Shown here piece by piece: positions 37,358 to 49,159 of a stretch of DNA of 64,000 nucleotides. The DNA is from Podarcis tiliguerta (taxonomy: Eukaryota). Position numbers and translations under genes: made by a program. Below the pieces are notes generated by a model, which saw nothing but the letters and a program-made list of their open reading frames with translations, was not told the origin of the DNA and did no database searches. The stretch lies in assembly GCA_965153285.1 (NCBI GenBank), contig OZ229117.1. One strand, 5' to 3'. Within the stretch, counting starts at the first letter, position 1, and each line of letters opens with the position of its first letter.

Positions 37358-40300
37358 GGGGCTCAACTGCATCTAAGCTCTGTATGCTCTGCTCACCGGT
37401 GAATATTCCAAGTTGGCATTGTGGTCAGCCACGTGATTCAAGAGATCTGCCATGGGCACCATCACAGGGGGATTGGGCTCCTCCTCATCTTCTTCTTCTT
37501 CATCCAAAGGCTCCTGGAAACTAGTGGGGAACAAAGCAGGGAGATACTAGACCGAGGCAACTTTAAGTACAGCCAAATCATGCTGAGGTTGGTGAGAGGG
37601 AAACAGATGCACATGACTCTGAAAATGGCTACTAGTTTAGAAACTGCAACACACAATCTAAGAACTGCCCCTGAACTCAATCTGAGCTTTACTTTAAAGA
37701 GCCTCATCTACGGTGCCCAAGCAGCATAGAACAGCCTTCTTCAACCTTGGGTCCCCAAATGTGGTTGGTCTAGAAAACCCATCATCCCTAGTGAGAAGGA
37801 CCAGCAGTCAGGGGACCCACGGTCAAGAAAGGCTGTTCTAGGCTGCTTGGGCACCCTAGATGAGGCTCTTTAAATTCAAGCTCTAGGAGCTGCAGGATGT
37901 TACAGTTAAAAAGTGGAGCATCTTTCTTCAGTAAAACCTAAGTCTGCTCCTCTAACATGCTATTTGTTCATTTGTATATTACTGCCTCAACATACCAGTT
38001 TACATGCTCAACTGTAAAGACAGTCTGTAGAGCAGGAATGCGGAACCATTTCCAGTCTGAGGGCCGCATTCTCTACAGATGCAACCTAGGAGGGGCCAGA
38101 GGCAAAAGAAGGCAGTGCGAAGGATGGAAAGCTTAACTTCCCACAGGAGGCTCATTTCTACACATACTCCCTCAAACCCCGTCCTTCATCCAAGCAAACA
38201 AGAAGCATTATCAAAGACACATTCCAGTCAGGCCAAAGCATTCAAATAAGATGTAAAGCAGGGCTACTGGTAGGCACAGCCTGGGGAAGAGTGCCAAGGG
38301 CCAGCAGAGGGCCAGGTAGGCACATTTGGCCTCTGGGCCTGTGGCTCCCCATCCCTGCTGCGGTTTATGCAAGGAAAGTTCCAACTGTCCAGGGCCAGAG
38401 ATGCGGAAAGGAAGAGAGGCACAGCAGTGACACTTCTCTTCTTTGTTGATTGGCAACTTTTGCTTTTCTGCCTTCTCAGTTCACCAAAAACTGAACCCCA
38501 TCCGGGACTCCTCTATCAATTCACTTCCTGCATATATTTAGTTTCTCAACCTGAATGCTTCTCAGGTGCCATCTCTTTAAACTCCAAACCACAGTGTCCC
38601 AGATGGAAAGCAACAGTACACACCCTGCCCGCCCCTTAGCAATTTAGAGAATGACCACTCGTGGCTTCCACCTTTCCTCCCTCTCACCTGTATGCCATGA
38701 CAAAAGCCACCAGCTTCTTGTAGAGCTCCAGAGTGTGCACCTCAGGGTCAAATATATCTGGGTGGGCCTTCAGGAAAGGCAGGATGATGGTGGAATACTC
38801 TGTCTGGATATTGGCCAAGTCCTTTTCCACAGCTTCTGGAATCCCTGTTCCTTGCAGAAGTCTCATCTGCTCTTCTTTACTCCTGTACAAAACAGCAAGC
38901 AGAAGGTGCAGTTTCTTTCTTTAAGCAAGAAGCCAAGTAAGTGAACAATCAAAATGGTTCCTGTACAGCAGGCTACACTCTCTTGGCAGCAAGGCACTAC
39001 AAACCAGTTGCAGAAGTGGCACTCAAGCAAAAATTGGATGGAACATCCACTTTCTTTCTTCCTCTTCACTCCATCCATTCTCTCATGCATGCATGCACAC
39101 ACAAACCCCCACACCAAGCACCCTCTATCTCCTTCATCCATAGCCCCATCTTCTCTCCCTCTCCAGACTGGGTGGATTAGCTGTGCTGAAGAAAGTAGAG
39201 TCCCCCAGATTGCTCACTTGTGCTGAACAGTATTGACAAGCTGGCTACTCCCTCATCTGAGATCTAGCTATCACCTTGGTATCTCAAAGATACAATATGT
39301 ATTCTCAAATCATCCTAGTTTTCCTAATCCCAGAGACTAGAGTGTGGTTTCTGCACTCTACGCACCCCCCTCACCAAAACACCCTTTCATTATACTACTC
39401 TACATCACTCCCCCTACCCCATCATAAAAAGAAGCACTTTTTAACACCAGCTTAATATTTGATTCTCAAGTGACTGTTGTTTAGATGATCCACTCTCAAG
39501 TGTTTTAAACCTATTCTTAAGAAAGTGTGAACAAAGAGGTGGGGGTGGGTAGACACAAATCTGCCCGAGGTTCAAACATGTCACCATTATCACCCAGAAA
39601 TAAACTAGCCTCTCAATCAAACATCTCAAGCACCACCCTTAAGCACCACCAAGCTGGTAACACCAGTGTCAAAAGTCTTTGATTTTTTCCTATGGAAGAA
39701 ACTACAGGGCCTGCCTGCATTTTCTGGCATAACAAGGGGGAATGAAAAGCCCTAGGACTGAAGTCATGAAGATACGCTCCAGTACAAGCACCTGACCATG
39801 CCCAGCCCAGCCTCATTTTCTGAGCCACTGCAAGCATGCTTCACAGCTTCCTTGAAGTGGTTGACTCTGCTCTGGACTCCAAATTTGTTTGGTGAAGATG
39901 TGCTGCAACTGATTTACCTGAGGAAGCTGGGCACTGGCAGAACACAGCCAAACAGCCTCCCCTCTTACCAGAACATGGGGTGATCCAGACCCCTGAAGTT
40001 AGGCCACAGTGACAAATAAGGCCCCCAACGAGAATCACTGGCTGTGGATTCATGAAGCAAAGAAAGCAGGAGCGGAACCCAGCCGGACTGACTCTCCAGA
40101 GAGGCTTGCTCTATTAAAGGTAAATAAAATAGAGTGTAAGAATGCCAGAACTATTATCTGTTAAGAAAGCAAACCAAATCAGCCAGAAACCTATGTCCAT
40201 AGTTGAGAATACAACTCTCCAATCTCACTCAAGGATGACACAGTTTGGGGCATTCTGAAGAATCTGGAAGCTTATTGAGGAGTTTGCTGTTTCCTCCACC

Positions 40301-42538
40301 CCGTTTACAAGTATCAACATGCACATTCTTCTTTGTAGGACAATAGCACAGCCTTCCATCAACCTGGTGCCCTCCAGCTGTTGGACTATAATTCCTATCA
40401 TTACCATAGGTGGCTGTCAATACTGTACACCATAGGTCAGCAATCTGGGGGCCTCTACCTCCTTAGCACAACCAGATACATGCAGAGAATATGGATATAT
40501 TAATAGAGGGTACTGTGTGTGTGCATATGTACTATGCCAAGTGGGGCTGGTGGGAGTTGTAGTCCAATAGCATCTGGAGGGCACCTGCTTAGCAAAGGCT
40601 ATTCTATATGATAGAAAGCACACTGATGCTGGTTGGGGCTGAGAGTTGTAATTCAAAACAGCTGGAGGGCACCTGGTTGGACAGGCTGCCCAATGAACAT
40701 GAAGCTTTTAATGAAGCTACAGAATCCCCCAAAAACCATTCCTGTACCTTTCTCTAGTAGGGAAGAAAGGGGGCTTGTGTACTGCGAAAGGACTGCCGTT
40801 CTTGGGATGGTGAAAAGGACTTCTCCTGCCTCAATGTCTTCCCTGGCCACCAAGCCATAATCAGCTACTGTGCCCTCTCTGCTCACACTGACCTACAACA
40901 CAGGAAAATAAAGTTTTTTCTCCAACTCCAAAAGGTTTTGGTTTTTTTACTACATCCCTTAGTTACAGGTCCCTGGTTAGCATCACAAAAGTCGACCCTT
41001 AATAGATTAATTATCCATTTGTACTCACAAGTGTAAACGGGAGTCCTTGAGCCTGATCTTTATTGTTGCAACAAGACTTCCTACTGCCACAAAGATGAAG
41101 CAGCCAGAAGCCCATCAATGGGTTACACCTGTATTTCAAAGTTTCCCATAATACATCTCAAGATGCATCATCAAGACATAGATATGTCACAGAAAAGGTG
41201 TGGTCTCAGGTAGAACCTGAGATCCAGGCATGCCCCCGTCACTCAAAAATAGTCTTTCACACTTCATCACAGTACAAAGCAAAGCATTTACAGTTCCCTG
41301 GTCCCTGAGTCAAGTCAAATGCAACCCTTTTTCTTATCTGGGCTATCACCAGTCATGACTACTTAGGAAGGCCCTGCAGATGGATGGGACTGTACATCTT
41401 GGGGATTACAGTGGGCTCTCTCACTCCACCCCTTATACCTCACTTCCATGGGTCCTAAATGCCATTGGAACTGAGAAGATTAAAACAAGTGGTTTCTTAT
41501 GAATTTCTGAAGTTTTCCCACTCAGCCAGTACAGTACATAGATACATTTATCAGTGAATTGCTATTTTCCTTTGTTGGAGACCTGGGGTTCAGTGGGGAG
41601 TCACAGGCTCCTGAGCTGAGCTTCCCTTGTAGATGGAATGCCTTTGCAGATATGTTGCTGTTATTTTCTAGTTTGGGGGGGTGTTTCTCACCCCCCCCTT
41701 CCAATTTCCCGGTAACACAAGCCAGGTGACTAAAAAGTGATACAGCCATTTTCTAATTATTTTAGCTCTCCCAGAGTGGCAATAGTAACCCACCATTAGC
41801 AGCTGTTTGAATGGAAGCGGGAAAAGGAGCGAGACTAGATTAATGCCGAGTAAAATGGGGCTTATTGATGCATGTGAAGTAACAAGATTAAAGTTACTAC
41901 AAGTCTGGAAACTCCACTTTTTCATTATCTTATTAATGCCGGTTCCTGCTGTTTGCTGCTGCCGGGTTCCTTTGGATGGATGTTTTTTGTTTTAAAGCAT
42001 TTTATTATTAGGCCGGGTGCATATTTACTGCTACAAGTTTCATTTCGGCTTGAATTTTCCGGGTGGTTCTGCACTACCTTCCGCTCCTTTACTCTGGGAA
42101 CCGCACCTCCTCCCTCTGTGTTGTGTGAGCCGCCTAGGAGCAGGAGTCACCCGCAAAGGCAGGTGAAATTCAAAGGGAATTTGAATGAATGAACAGCGGC
42201 CTCCCCTTAACACCTGGCCACGGGGCCTCGGCAAGGAAGCTCTTGCTTTTCCCGGGGGGGGGGGAATGGAGGGGCCTTTCCCCCTCGGCCAGTCTCTCCC
42301 CGCCGGGCCCGCGGAAGCCCCTGGCGGGCCGTACCTTAGCGCTCAGCTCCAGGCCCGCGTCGGCGCACCAGCCCAGGAAGGCAGAGAGGGCGTCCGAGTC
42401 ACTCGCCGCCGCCGCCTCCTCCACCTGCGGAGCACAGAGAGAAAGAGAGAGCGGGGTGCTGAGGCCTCCCCGTCGCCGCCCACTAGCCGCCCCTCAGGCA
42501 GCCAGACCCACCTTGGCGCACTTGGCCGCTTTCGCCAT
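32636..42538 (-). CDS. SETD6: N-lysine methyltransferase SETD6, complete gene, 9 coding exons, 454 aa
   Basis: Exons join in frame (1365 nt). SET-domain motifs [29 protein letters not shown] and [12 protein letters not shown], plus the C-terminal [18 protein letters not shown]. Tail-to-tail with CNOT1 as in mammals. Confidence 0.95.
33416..33656. mobile_element. Tc1/mariner (Tigger/pogo-like) MITE
   Basis: TIRs CAGTGGTACCTTGGT / ACCAAAGCACCACTG flanked by TA on both sides. Confidence 0.8.
34654..34796 (-). CDS. SETD6: SETD6 exon 8 ([17 protein letters not shown]...AMALK)
   Basis: caccag|CT ... AAG|gtaagg. Confidence 0.93.
35331..35511 (-). CDS. SETD6: SETD6 exon 7 (EVLKMVATQ...CKAALQ), GC donor
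   Basis: ctgcag|GAG ... CAAG|gcaaga; phase 1 is required by exon 8. Confidence 0.88.
37301..37356. repeat. (AC)n microsatellite
   Basis: Interrupted AC run seen directly. Confidence 0.9.
37397..37520 (-). CDS. SETD6: SETD6 exon 6 ([41 protein letters not shown])
   Basis: cactag|T ... CCG|gtgagc. Confidence 0.94.
38030..38358. mobile_element. hAT (Charlie-like) non-autonomous DNA transposon
   Basis: CAGGAATGCGGAACC...GAGGGCCGCAT start; ...GGCTCCCCATCCCTG end. Confidence 0.5.
38688..38882 (-). CDS. SETD6: SETD6 exon 5 ([13 protein letters not shown]...FVMAY)
   Basis: gtacag|G ... AG|gtgaga. Confidence 0.94.
39969..40110 (-). CDS. SETD6: SETD6 exon 4 ([15 protein letters not shown]...DHPMFW)
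   Basis: taatag|AG ... TG|gtaaga. Confidence 0.93.
40349..40689. mobile_element. Nested palindromic hAT-type MITEs (one left arm, two right arms)
   Basis: CAGCCTTCCATCAACCTGGTGCCCTCCAG left arm; GAGTTGTA...CTGGAGGGCACC right arms at about 40545-40600 and 40635-40689. Confidence 0.6.
40748..40892 (-). CDS. SETD6: SETD6 exon 3 ([18 protein letters not shown]...SLLEK)
   Basis: ttgtag|GTC ... G|gtacag. Confidence 0.93.
42335..42424 (-). CDS. SETD6: SETD6 exon 2 ([30 protein letters not shown])
   Basis: ccgcag|GTG ... AAG|gtacgg. Confidence 0.9.
42512..42538 (-). CDS. SETD6: SETD6 exon 1 (MAKAAKCAK)
   Basis: ATG at 42538; AAG|gtgggt donor; inside the CpG island. Confidence 0.8.
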
Positions 42539-43048
42539 GCTGGACGCACCCGGAACTACGAATGTTCAGACGTGCATGCGCGCGGGGAAAAGGCTCGTCT
42601 GACGCTACGGGGCGGAGCCGCAAAACCCCGCCCAGGAGGGAGGGGCTATTTCGCTGTACCCAGCGAACGTCCGTGAAGCTGCCTGGCAGCTAGGCAGCCG
42701 CTCACTCTCCTCCGTGTCCTCGTAGCAGGGAGTTCCGCTGGCCGCTCCGTTAGTTTTTAAGATATCGTTACAAAGCCGCTTTTAGCAACCACGGGCAGTG
42801 CGCCAAAGAGCCCTGGGGCGCTTCGCTCCGTCTTCTGCCCCAGCCGGGCTGCTGCTGCTACTCTTCCTCAGGGGCTCCGACGGTGCTCTCGGTTCTTTCC
42901 AAAAGTTAAGCACTTGTGCAATACTTCAAGTGCCAGTAAGTTCTTTCGATACATGCGGGAACCAACTCTAGTAATATGTGCAAGGCGGACTGGAGTCAAA
43001 TATGCTTTTTTCAAAGTTCCCGCACACAGAGTTGACACACTTCCCGTA

Positions 43049-43407
43049 AAAGGTAAAGGTAAAGGGACCCCTGACCATTAGGTCCAGTCGTGACCAACTC
43101 TGGGGTTGCGGCACTCATCTCACTTTATTGGGTGAGGGAGCCGGTGTACAGCTTCTGGGTCATGTGGCCAGCACAACTAAGCTGCTTCTGGTGAAACCAG
43201 AGCAGCGCACGGAAACGCTGTTTACCTTTCCGCCGGAGCAGTATCTATTTATCTACTTGCACTTTGGCGTGCTTTCGAACTGCTAGGGTTGGCAGGAGCT
43301 GGGACTGAATAACAGGAGCTCATCCCATTGCAGGGATTCGAACTGCCGACCTTCTGATCGGCAAATCCTAGGCTCTGTGGTTCAACCCACAGTGCCACTT
43401 GCGTCCC
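43049..43407 (-). mobile_element. Full-length Sauria (POM/Squam1-type) SINE
   Basis: tRNA-like head (GGGACGCAAGTGGCACTGTGG..., B-box-like GCAGTTCGAATCC) and (ACCTTT)n tail on the - strand; 14-bp degenerate TSD acacacttcccgta (43035-48) / atatacttaccgta (43408-21). Confidence 0.9.
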
Positions 43408-44084
43408 ATATACTTACCGTAGGTCTCCCTTAAACCATTCCCGTTTTGCTCACTGGTCCTGCTCCGCAGCAACTGTTTCTCCTTGGCTAGAATATATTCT
43501 TGAATGGTGAGAAGGCCTCTCACTTGCCTGGATGTGTAGCAATCTGGGTTTTGCAGGACTGCAAGGGAGCCTACTGCACAAAGGTTAAGAGTCAAATGTC
43601 TTGCTCCTCCCACTTTTGCCTTTGGCCTTGCCCATCATTCACATCTGGCCCCTGAACGGTTCCCCAGAAGGGGATCTGGCCCTTGGGATGAAAAGTGTTT
43701 CCCACCCCTGAGATATGGCAAAGGGGACAGAGGAAGCAATTGTGCTTTGCCAGGGGGCTGTCCATTCTACCCTCACCTTTCTTTGTGGGCTATTCTCCTC
43801 CTCTCACCCATTTGTTAGAGGAGAGCAGGAGTTGCTGTTGGATGTGTTCACCTGGAGCGTCAAGGCAAGAAGCAGCAAGTCAGAGCCTTGTGGCACTTCA
43901 GAGACCCACACGTTTATTATAATGGCTTACGCTTTCGTCCAGTTCAACAGATGCATGAGCTCATTACATCCTGAGTTGTAGGTCTACATGGTTGAGGAAG
44001 AGAATTGTAAACACTGAGAGGAAATGCAGAAGAGCACTGAGGGTATTCTGCTATTAACAGTTTTAATACCGGTAATTACATTAT

Positions 44085-44305
44085 CTACAGGTTGCAGTCT
44101 CCCTTTGAAATTCATTTGTTCCAGTATGTCCATCTTAATGTCAATTATAGCGGGTTCTGGGAAGTGGAAATGTTTTCCCACGTGTTTCTTGATATTGTCA
44201 TTTCTGATGTCCATTTATTCTTTTGTATAGAGGCTGCCCTGTTGTCTTAAGTAGAATGCATGAGGACATTATTGGCAGATGATGGCATAAATCACACTGG
44301 AAAAT
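44085..44305 (-). mobile_element. Penelope-like retroelement fragment (degraded GIY-YIG endonuclease)
   Basis: Minus strand reads SVIYAIICQ*CPHAFYL.../...DIRNDNIKKHVGKHFHFP...ILEQMNFKGRLQ, a GIY-YIG signature broken by a stop and frameshifts. Confidence 0.7.
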
Positions 44306-44319
44306 ATAATCGCTTATGG

Positions 44320-44834
44320 CAAATGTTTTCAAGCTTTATGGGTCCACTGCTCCCTTGACCAACTACATTCTTTCTGCGGCACCCCTATGGGGCTCAGGAG
44401 CCCAACTATGTCACCCCTTGCCTGCAGAGCTGGCAGTCCCTCACCCCTTTTTCGAACACCCTCCCTTGTGGAGTGTTCCCTCAGCCTCCTCTCTTCTCCC
44501 TTCTCCATGGGAGTCCTCTGGGCAACCGCAGCTGCTGCTCCTGGTCTGAGCTGCCCCTCATCCCACCTCAAAAAGAGGTGCCTCCTCACACTGCCCCACA
44601 GGGGACTGGGGAGCACCCCCTGACCAGTCCCAGAGGCACCATTCATTCACCTAGGGAGCATGTAGCCAGGACTGCTGCAACAGACAGCTGTGCAAGCCTT
44701 TGGGAGGCAAAGACACGAGAGCATCAGAGGCGGGAGGGAAGGAAAGAGGGACAGAGACGGGTGTTGCCCGTGGCACCCCTGACCATCATTCAAGGCACTC
44801 CAGGGTGCCACGGCACACTGGTTGAAAACTACTG
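44320..44834. mobile_element. hAT-type non-autonomous element
   Basis: Terminal ...GGCACACTGGTTGAAAACTACTG and internal GGCACCCCT repeats. Confidence 0.5.
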
Positions 44835-45206
44835 GCTTATGGATTGAATCAACGCAAAGGAGTTTTATCACATGGCATGTGTCAACACACCTTTTTTGGA
44901 GGGGTGGTGCATGTAAAAAATATTCAGAGTGCTCTGAATGGGTTTTCTTCAGAACCCCCATTCAAAGTGCTGTGGAAAATAGTCAAAAAAAGCTCACCTG
45001 ATCTCATTATGACATCAGGTGATTGACAGGTAGGCAGCTCCCCCCACCTACAAGTTGCCTCAAGGGAGGTCACAATCTGGCCCTTGGGCTTGGAAGGTTC
45101 CCCAGCCCTGATATATTGGATTCTGCTAACAGTAAATAAATAAATGTGGCACTCATGAATAAGCTGCCGCTTCGACTGCAAAGTGAGTCTGCTTGATCTT
45201 AATATC

Positions 45207-45212
45207 TTTATT
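45207..45212 (-). terminator. NDRG4: Probable NDRG4 polyadenylation signal (AATAAA); 3'UTR about 3.8 kb
   Basis: TTTATT on the + strand at the end of an AT-rich UTR-like tract (45200-45560), well upstream of the SETD6 promoter. Confidence 0.55.
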
Positions 45213-45598
45213 AGTTTTCAACACAATAATCCTCTCTACATCAATGGGTTTGTTTGTTTGCCTTGTTTTACATTTTGTAGATATTGTGGCATCAATGCAA
45301 CCAGAGAGCATCAACAACCATCATGCACAAAAATATTACATTTCACCTCATACAGAAAAAAGAAATCCATTAAATTCCACCTTAATCAGGAAAATGTTTC
45401 TTTAAAAAAATCCAATTCCCCCCACCCCCACCCCACAGTAATAGCTAGATCACCTTCAAATGAAAAGCTGCACATTGGTTGCCAATTGCTACAAGTAAAT
45501 GGCAGGGGTGGAATCCAAGATAAATATTATATATAGGAATTTATAGATCTATCTCATCTGAAAGAACACATCAAGAAAAAAGGCAACAATATCTACAG

Positions 45599-45743
45599 CA
45601 GCCTCCTCCAACCAGGTGCCCTCCAGCAGGTGTTCTCTCCTGCAACTTCCTTCAGCTCCAGCCAACTTGGCTGTGTGATGCTGAGGAGCTGATGGGAGCT
45701 GTAATCCAACAACCTCTGGAGGGTCCCAGGTTGGCAAAAGCTG
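45599..45743. mobile_element. Palindromic hAT-type MITE in the NDRG4 3'UTR
   Basis: CAGCC...GCTG inverted arms with a perfect 8-bp TSD ATCTACAG (45591-98 and 45744-51). Confidence 0.85.
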
Positions 45744-48344
45744 ATCTACAGTAAAAGAGGGTCCTAGTAGCCTTCAGTCATTCATATGTAAAGTTTAGAA
45801 GGAAGCACACAAAATAAAAGAGTCTGAGATTAGAGGATTACATCAAACAGAGAGTGTGTCTGGACTGGTTGTGGCAACATCAAACCATTTAAATGCAAAG
45901 ATGCCTGGGCTACGCACACATATATACCCCTTGACGTGCGCACTGTCAGGAGAGAGAAAGTCAGGTGCAAAGCCTGCAGAGTAGCAGAGAGGCGAGACAG
46001 AACTCCTCGCAAGCTGCTTGTTGCTCTTTGGGCCAAACCCCACTTCAAGCTCTTTGCTTGCGTGGAAACGCAGCGATGTGCAAGATTGGTGATGTGGGTG
46101 GGGTGCTTCATCAGTAAAAAGAACTGAGTGTCTGACATGAGATCAGGATGGGGTAAGGATGCATTTGGGATTCAGCAAGAACGATGGGCTGGGTGGTCCA
46201 GCAGCAGTTTGGGGAAAGGAAGGAGAAGGGTATATTGGCTCATTTGGAGCCCAGAGTGGCATGGACAAGAGCCCTTCTGGTTCCACGTCAATAGCAGGCT
46301 TACAGTAATGCAGAGTGAGTAGGGAGAATCGTCTCTTCAAAGGCATGGATGTGCGGAACTTGAGAAGAAACGTGAAGGCAAATTCTTGCTAACTGTTCCT
46401 CCTCAAAACTCTGAAAGGAGTTCTGAGATGAATTGAAATGGAAAGACCTCAATAAATTAACAGCCCCAGAGCCACGGGGGGTGGGGGCTGCCTGAGACCT
46501 ATCCTAGAGGACACACACGTTTTCTTCCCTCTGGTTTTGTGGTGCTGCCAGTTAGCCAGAACGGAAATGAGGCACTGTCCCAGAGAGCACTCAGGTGGTT
46601 GTGGGGGGATCCTTCAGAAAGTCAGGCAGGACGAAGCACAAGATGACAGGGTGGCATGCTAGTAACCACATTGCGAGGGGACAGAGTGAAGGGGCTGAAT
46701 GCTAGGCAAACAGGGCATCTTTAGAAGTGAGGATCCCGCAAGCCTCTTTACTGGAACTCGGGGAACGTATCCTGTAACGTTAATTAATGCATATAGAATT
46801 GCCCCCCTGAGAACCTCCATCTAATGAAAGGGCCAACGGAACTTATGGGTGGCTTCTTGAATATGAGTAATTATCATTTAATGCTTATTAAAGAGTCTAT
46901 TTTTTTCTAAGTGCCATACAGCCATATGGATATTAAAACACAAGAAGACCCCTGCGCACAGGCTCACAGTCTACTCAACAGGAAAAGAGTGGGGAGGAAA
47001 TTCAAATGAACATTGGCTTTTTCTCTCCCCCCCCCCAACTGTGATGACATTACAGTGAGTAAATTAATACTAGATGAAATATTTCACAAGGGAAACCACA
47101 GAGGCTGCTGTCGTGAGGGCGACTCCTGTGGGTCAATTGGAACAATGGCCTCTTTCCAGTGCTAGTTCTACTCAGAGTAGAACTTAAGTGGATACAGCAT
47201 CTAATGTGGACAGGCACAGTCTGGGGGCAGATATCCCAGCACCTTCACATGATCCATCACATCCCTGAGGTGCAGAGGGGGCCACAGACAAAACTTCGGG
47301 ATCAGGGCCTTCCATGAGGCTACCTGTTTTTTCATACAGGCGGGAGCATGGAGGAGATGTGACCAGTCCCCTATGGGGCTGTTTGGGAGGAGGAAGCTCT
47401 TTATCCCCATCAACACAAGCCTTACACAGTAGAGGCTGGAGTATGACACCCCAAGTTGGGAATATGCCTAGTTGGGAATATTTTTATGTTTTTATTTTCT
47501 GTGTTGTGTTTTAAAATAGTTCATGTACCCTGCTCTGGGACTGTTGATCAAGAACAGGAAACAAATATTTTAAATAACTAAATAAATGCCCTCATGTTCC
47601 TGGGCCCCATTTTCCCTCCTTGAGGCTGGATAAGCTTCTGCTATTTTATTCCTGCTGAGCCTAAAAGCATATGCACAACCCAGCACTGCTTTCTAGGGGG
47701 GTTTCCTTCGAGGGAAGGATCCTGGGAACAGTTATTGTGCAAGAGTATCAAGAATCTACTATTCCTGAGGGGAAAGCCACAAGGGTTAGCATGCTCTAAA
47801 CATGCGTCAATGTGTCCTTGTGTTTTTGATTCCTGCCACTGATTGTCCTTTTAAAAAAGATTAATAAGCTATGATAGTAGGGGCAGCTTATATTGCAACA
47901 AGTTTTACCCAATGGTCATTTATAGCACTGGTTTAAAGGCTTGAGGAAACCCCAAACAAATCCTAAAACCAACTATGACCTTTCCCTACCCCTTATGCTT
48001 GGAAAGTCTTGCTGCTCATTCCTAGTATTGCCGGGGGGGGGGGGGGCGCAGAACTTCCCACTTTCTGCTTTTGACTGAATTTACATGCAGGGGAAGGAAA
48101 TGATGCAATAGGACCCCCTGGATGGTTTTCTACAGCAGCTGGAGAAACGGCTCTATGAGCATGTTCCTACCCAGTTAAGCCCCAATTTCTGTTGTCTTTC
48201 CAACAAAACCTGCCAGCACAAAGTCAATCACCAAAAAGCCTTTCCAAAGCTGTGGAACTAAAAAGCTTGTGCTCCAAAGCCAAAGAGAAGGGTAGAAACT
48301 AAGAGGCATTTGCTTTCAAGGTTGCAATTTCCCTCCTTCCTGAA

Positions 48345-48520
48345 CCAGTGCTGTAAAGTGGTTGGAGTGTCAGACGAGGACTTGGGCCAGTCACTGCCTC
48401 TTTCAACTAGCCTACTTCACAGGGTTGTTGTGGGGATTAAATGAGGAGGGGTGAACTGTGTATGCCACCTTGAGCTCCTTGGAAAAGGAGGGATATAAGT
48501 GTCTGAAAATAAATAAAGTA
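48345..48520 (+). mobile_element. tRNA-derived SINE (Squam3/MIR-like), internally deleted, in the NDRG4 3'UTR
   Basis: CTTGGGCCAGTCACTG...CTACTTCACAGGGTTGTTGTGGGGAT...GGGATATAA, A-rich tail. Confidence 0.7.
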
Positions 48521-48998
48521 AGTAAACCACTGCACGGGTACACTGTGGATTAATTGTTAGGCATCTAAGCTGAAGGGCCCACGGGAACATTCTCCCCCTT
48601 CTGACTCACTGGGTGAGTGGCTTTTCTGAAGGAGAGGCACCCTGGCTAGGCAGGTGTAAAACATCCCTCCTGCTCGCCTTGCCTCAAGCTGTGCAGAGGG
48701 ACATGCCTGCCACTTCCAAGCCAGCTAGAAACCAACCCAATCCCTGGTTCAAAATGGCACCTGGGCCTATGGGTGGAGGTGGCCGTTGACATCAAGCTGC
48801 TGCTGCCGCTGCTTCCCACTCTCCCTATGCCCCCCTCCCAACTTTGTATTCCATAATGTGAAAGGAAAAGAAAGACGGCAAAAGAAATTGAAGCCACAGG
48901 AAGCCGCAGGGGATGGAGCCAGCTGGAGAGTGACTGGATGAGTGGGCCCTCCAGGTCACCCGTGAAGAAGACGGCGAGGAGGAGTAAGGTGGAGGCCC

Positions 48999-49159
48999 TC
49001 AGCAGGACACCTCCATGGTGTGGTTGATCTGCCCCATGGCCTCGCTGCTCTCCGAGTGGGTGCAGGCTCTTGGGCGGTTGCCCCCGCCCTCCACAGAGCT
49101 GGCGCTGGTGAGGGAAGCCGTGCGGGAGCGGGCCAGGCGCGTCATACTGGCAGAGGGCA
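48999..49159 (-). CDS. NDRG4: NDRG4 last coding exon ([18 protein letters not shown]...HTMEVSC*)
   Basis: ctgtag|TG; TGA at 48999-49001. Confidence 0.95.

Larger units (their letters stand above)
42200..42900 (-). promoter_or_regulatory. SETD6: CpG island / SETD6 promoter
   Basis: Abrupt GC- and CpG-rich tract over SETD6 exons 1-2 and upstream; GC-box-like GGGGCGGAG and CCCCGCCC at about 42609-42633. Confidence 0.8.

Noticed and set aside
42185-42676. 163-aa and 137-aa + strand ORFs antisense to SETD6 exons 1-2
   Set aside because: Expected stop-codon depletion in a CpG island; low-complexity Pro/Arg/Gly content
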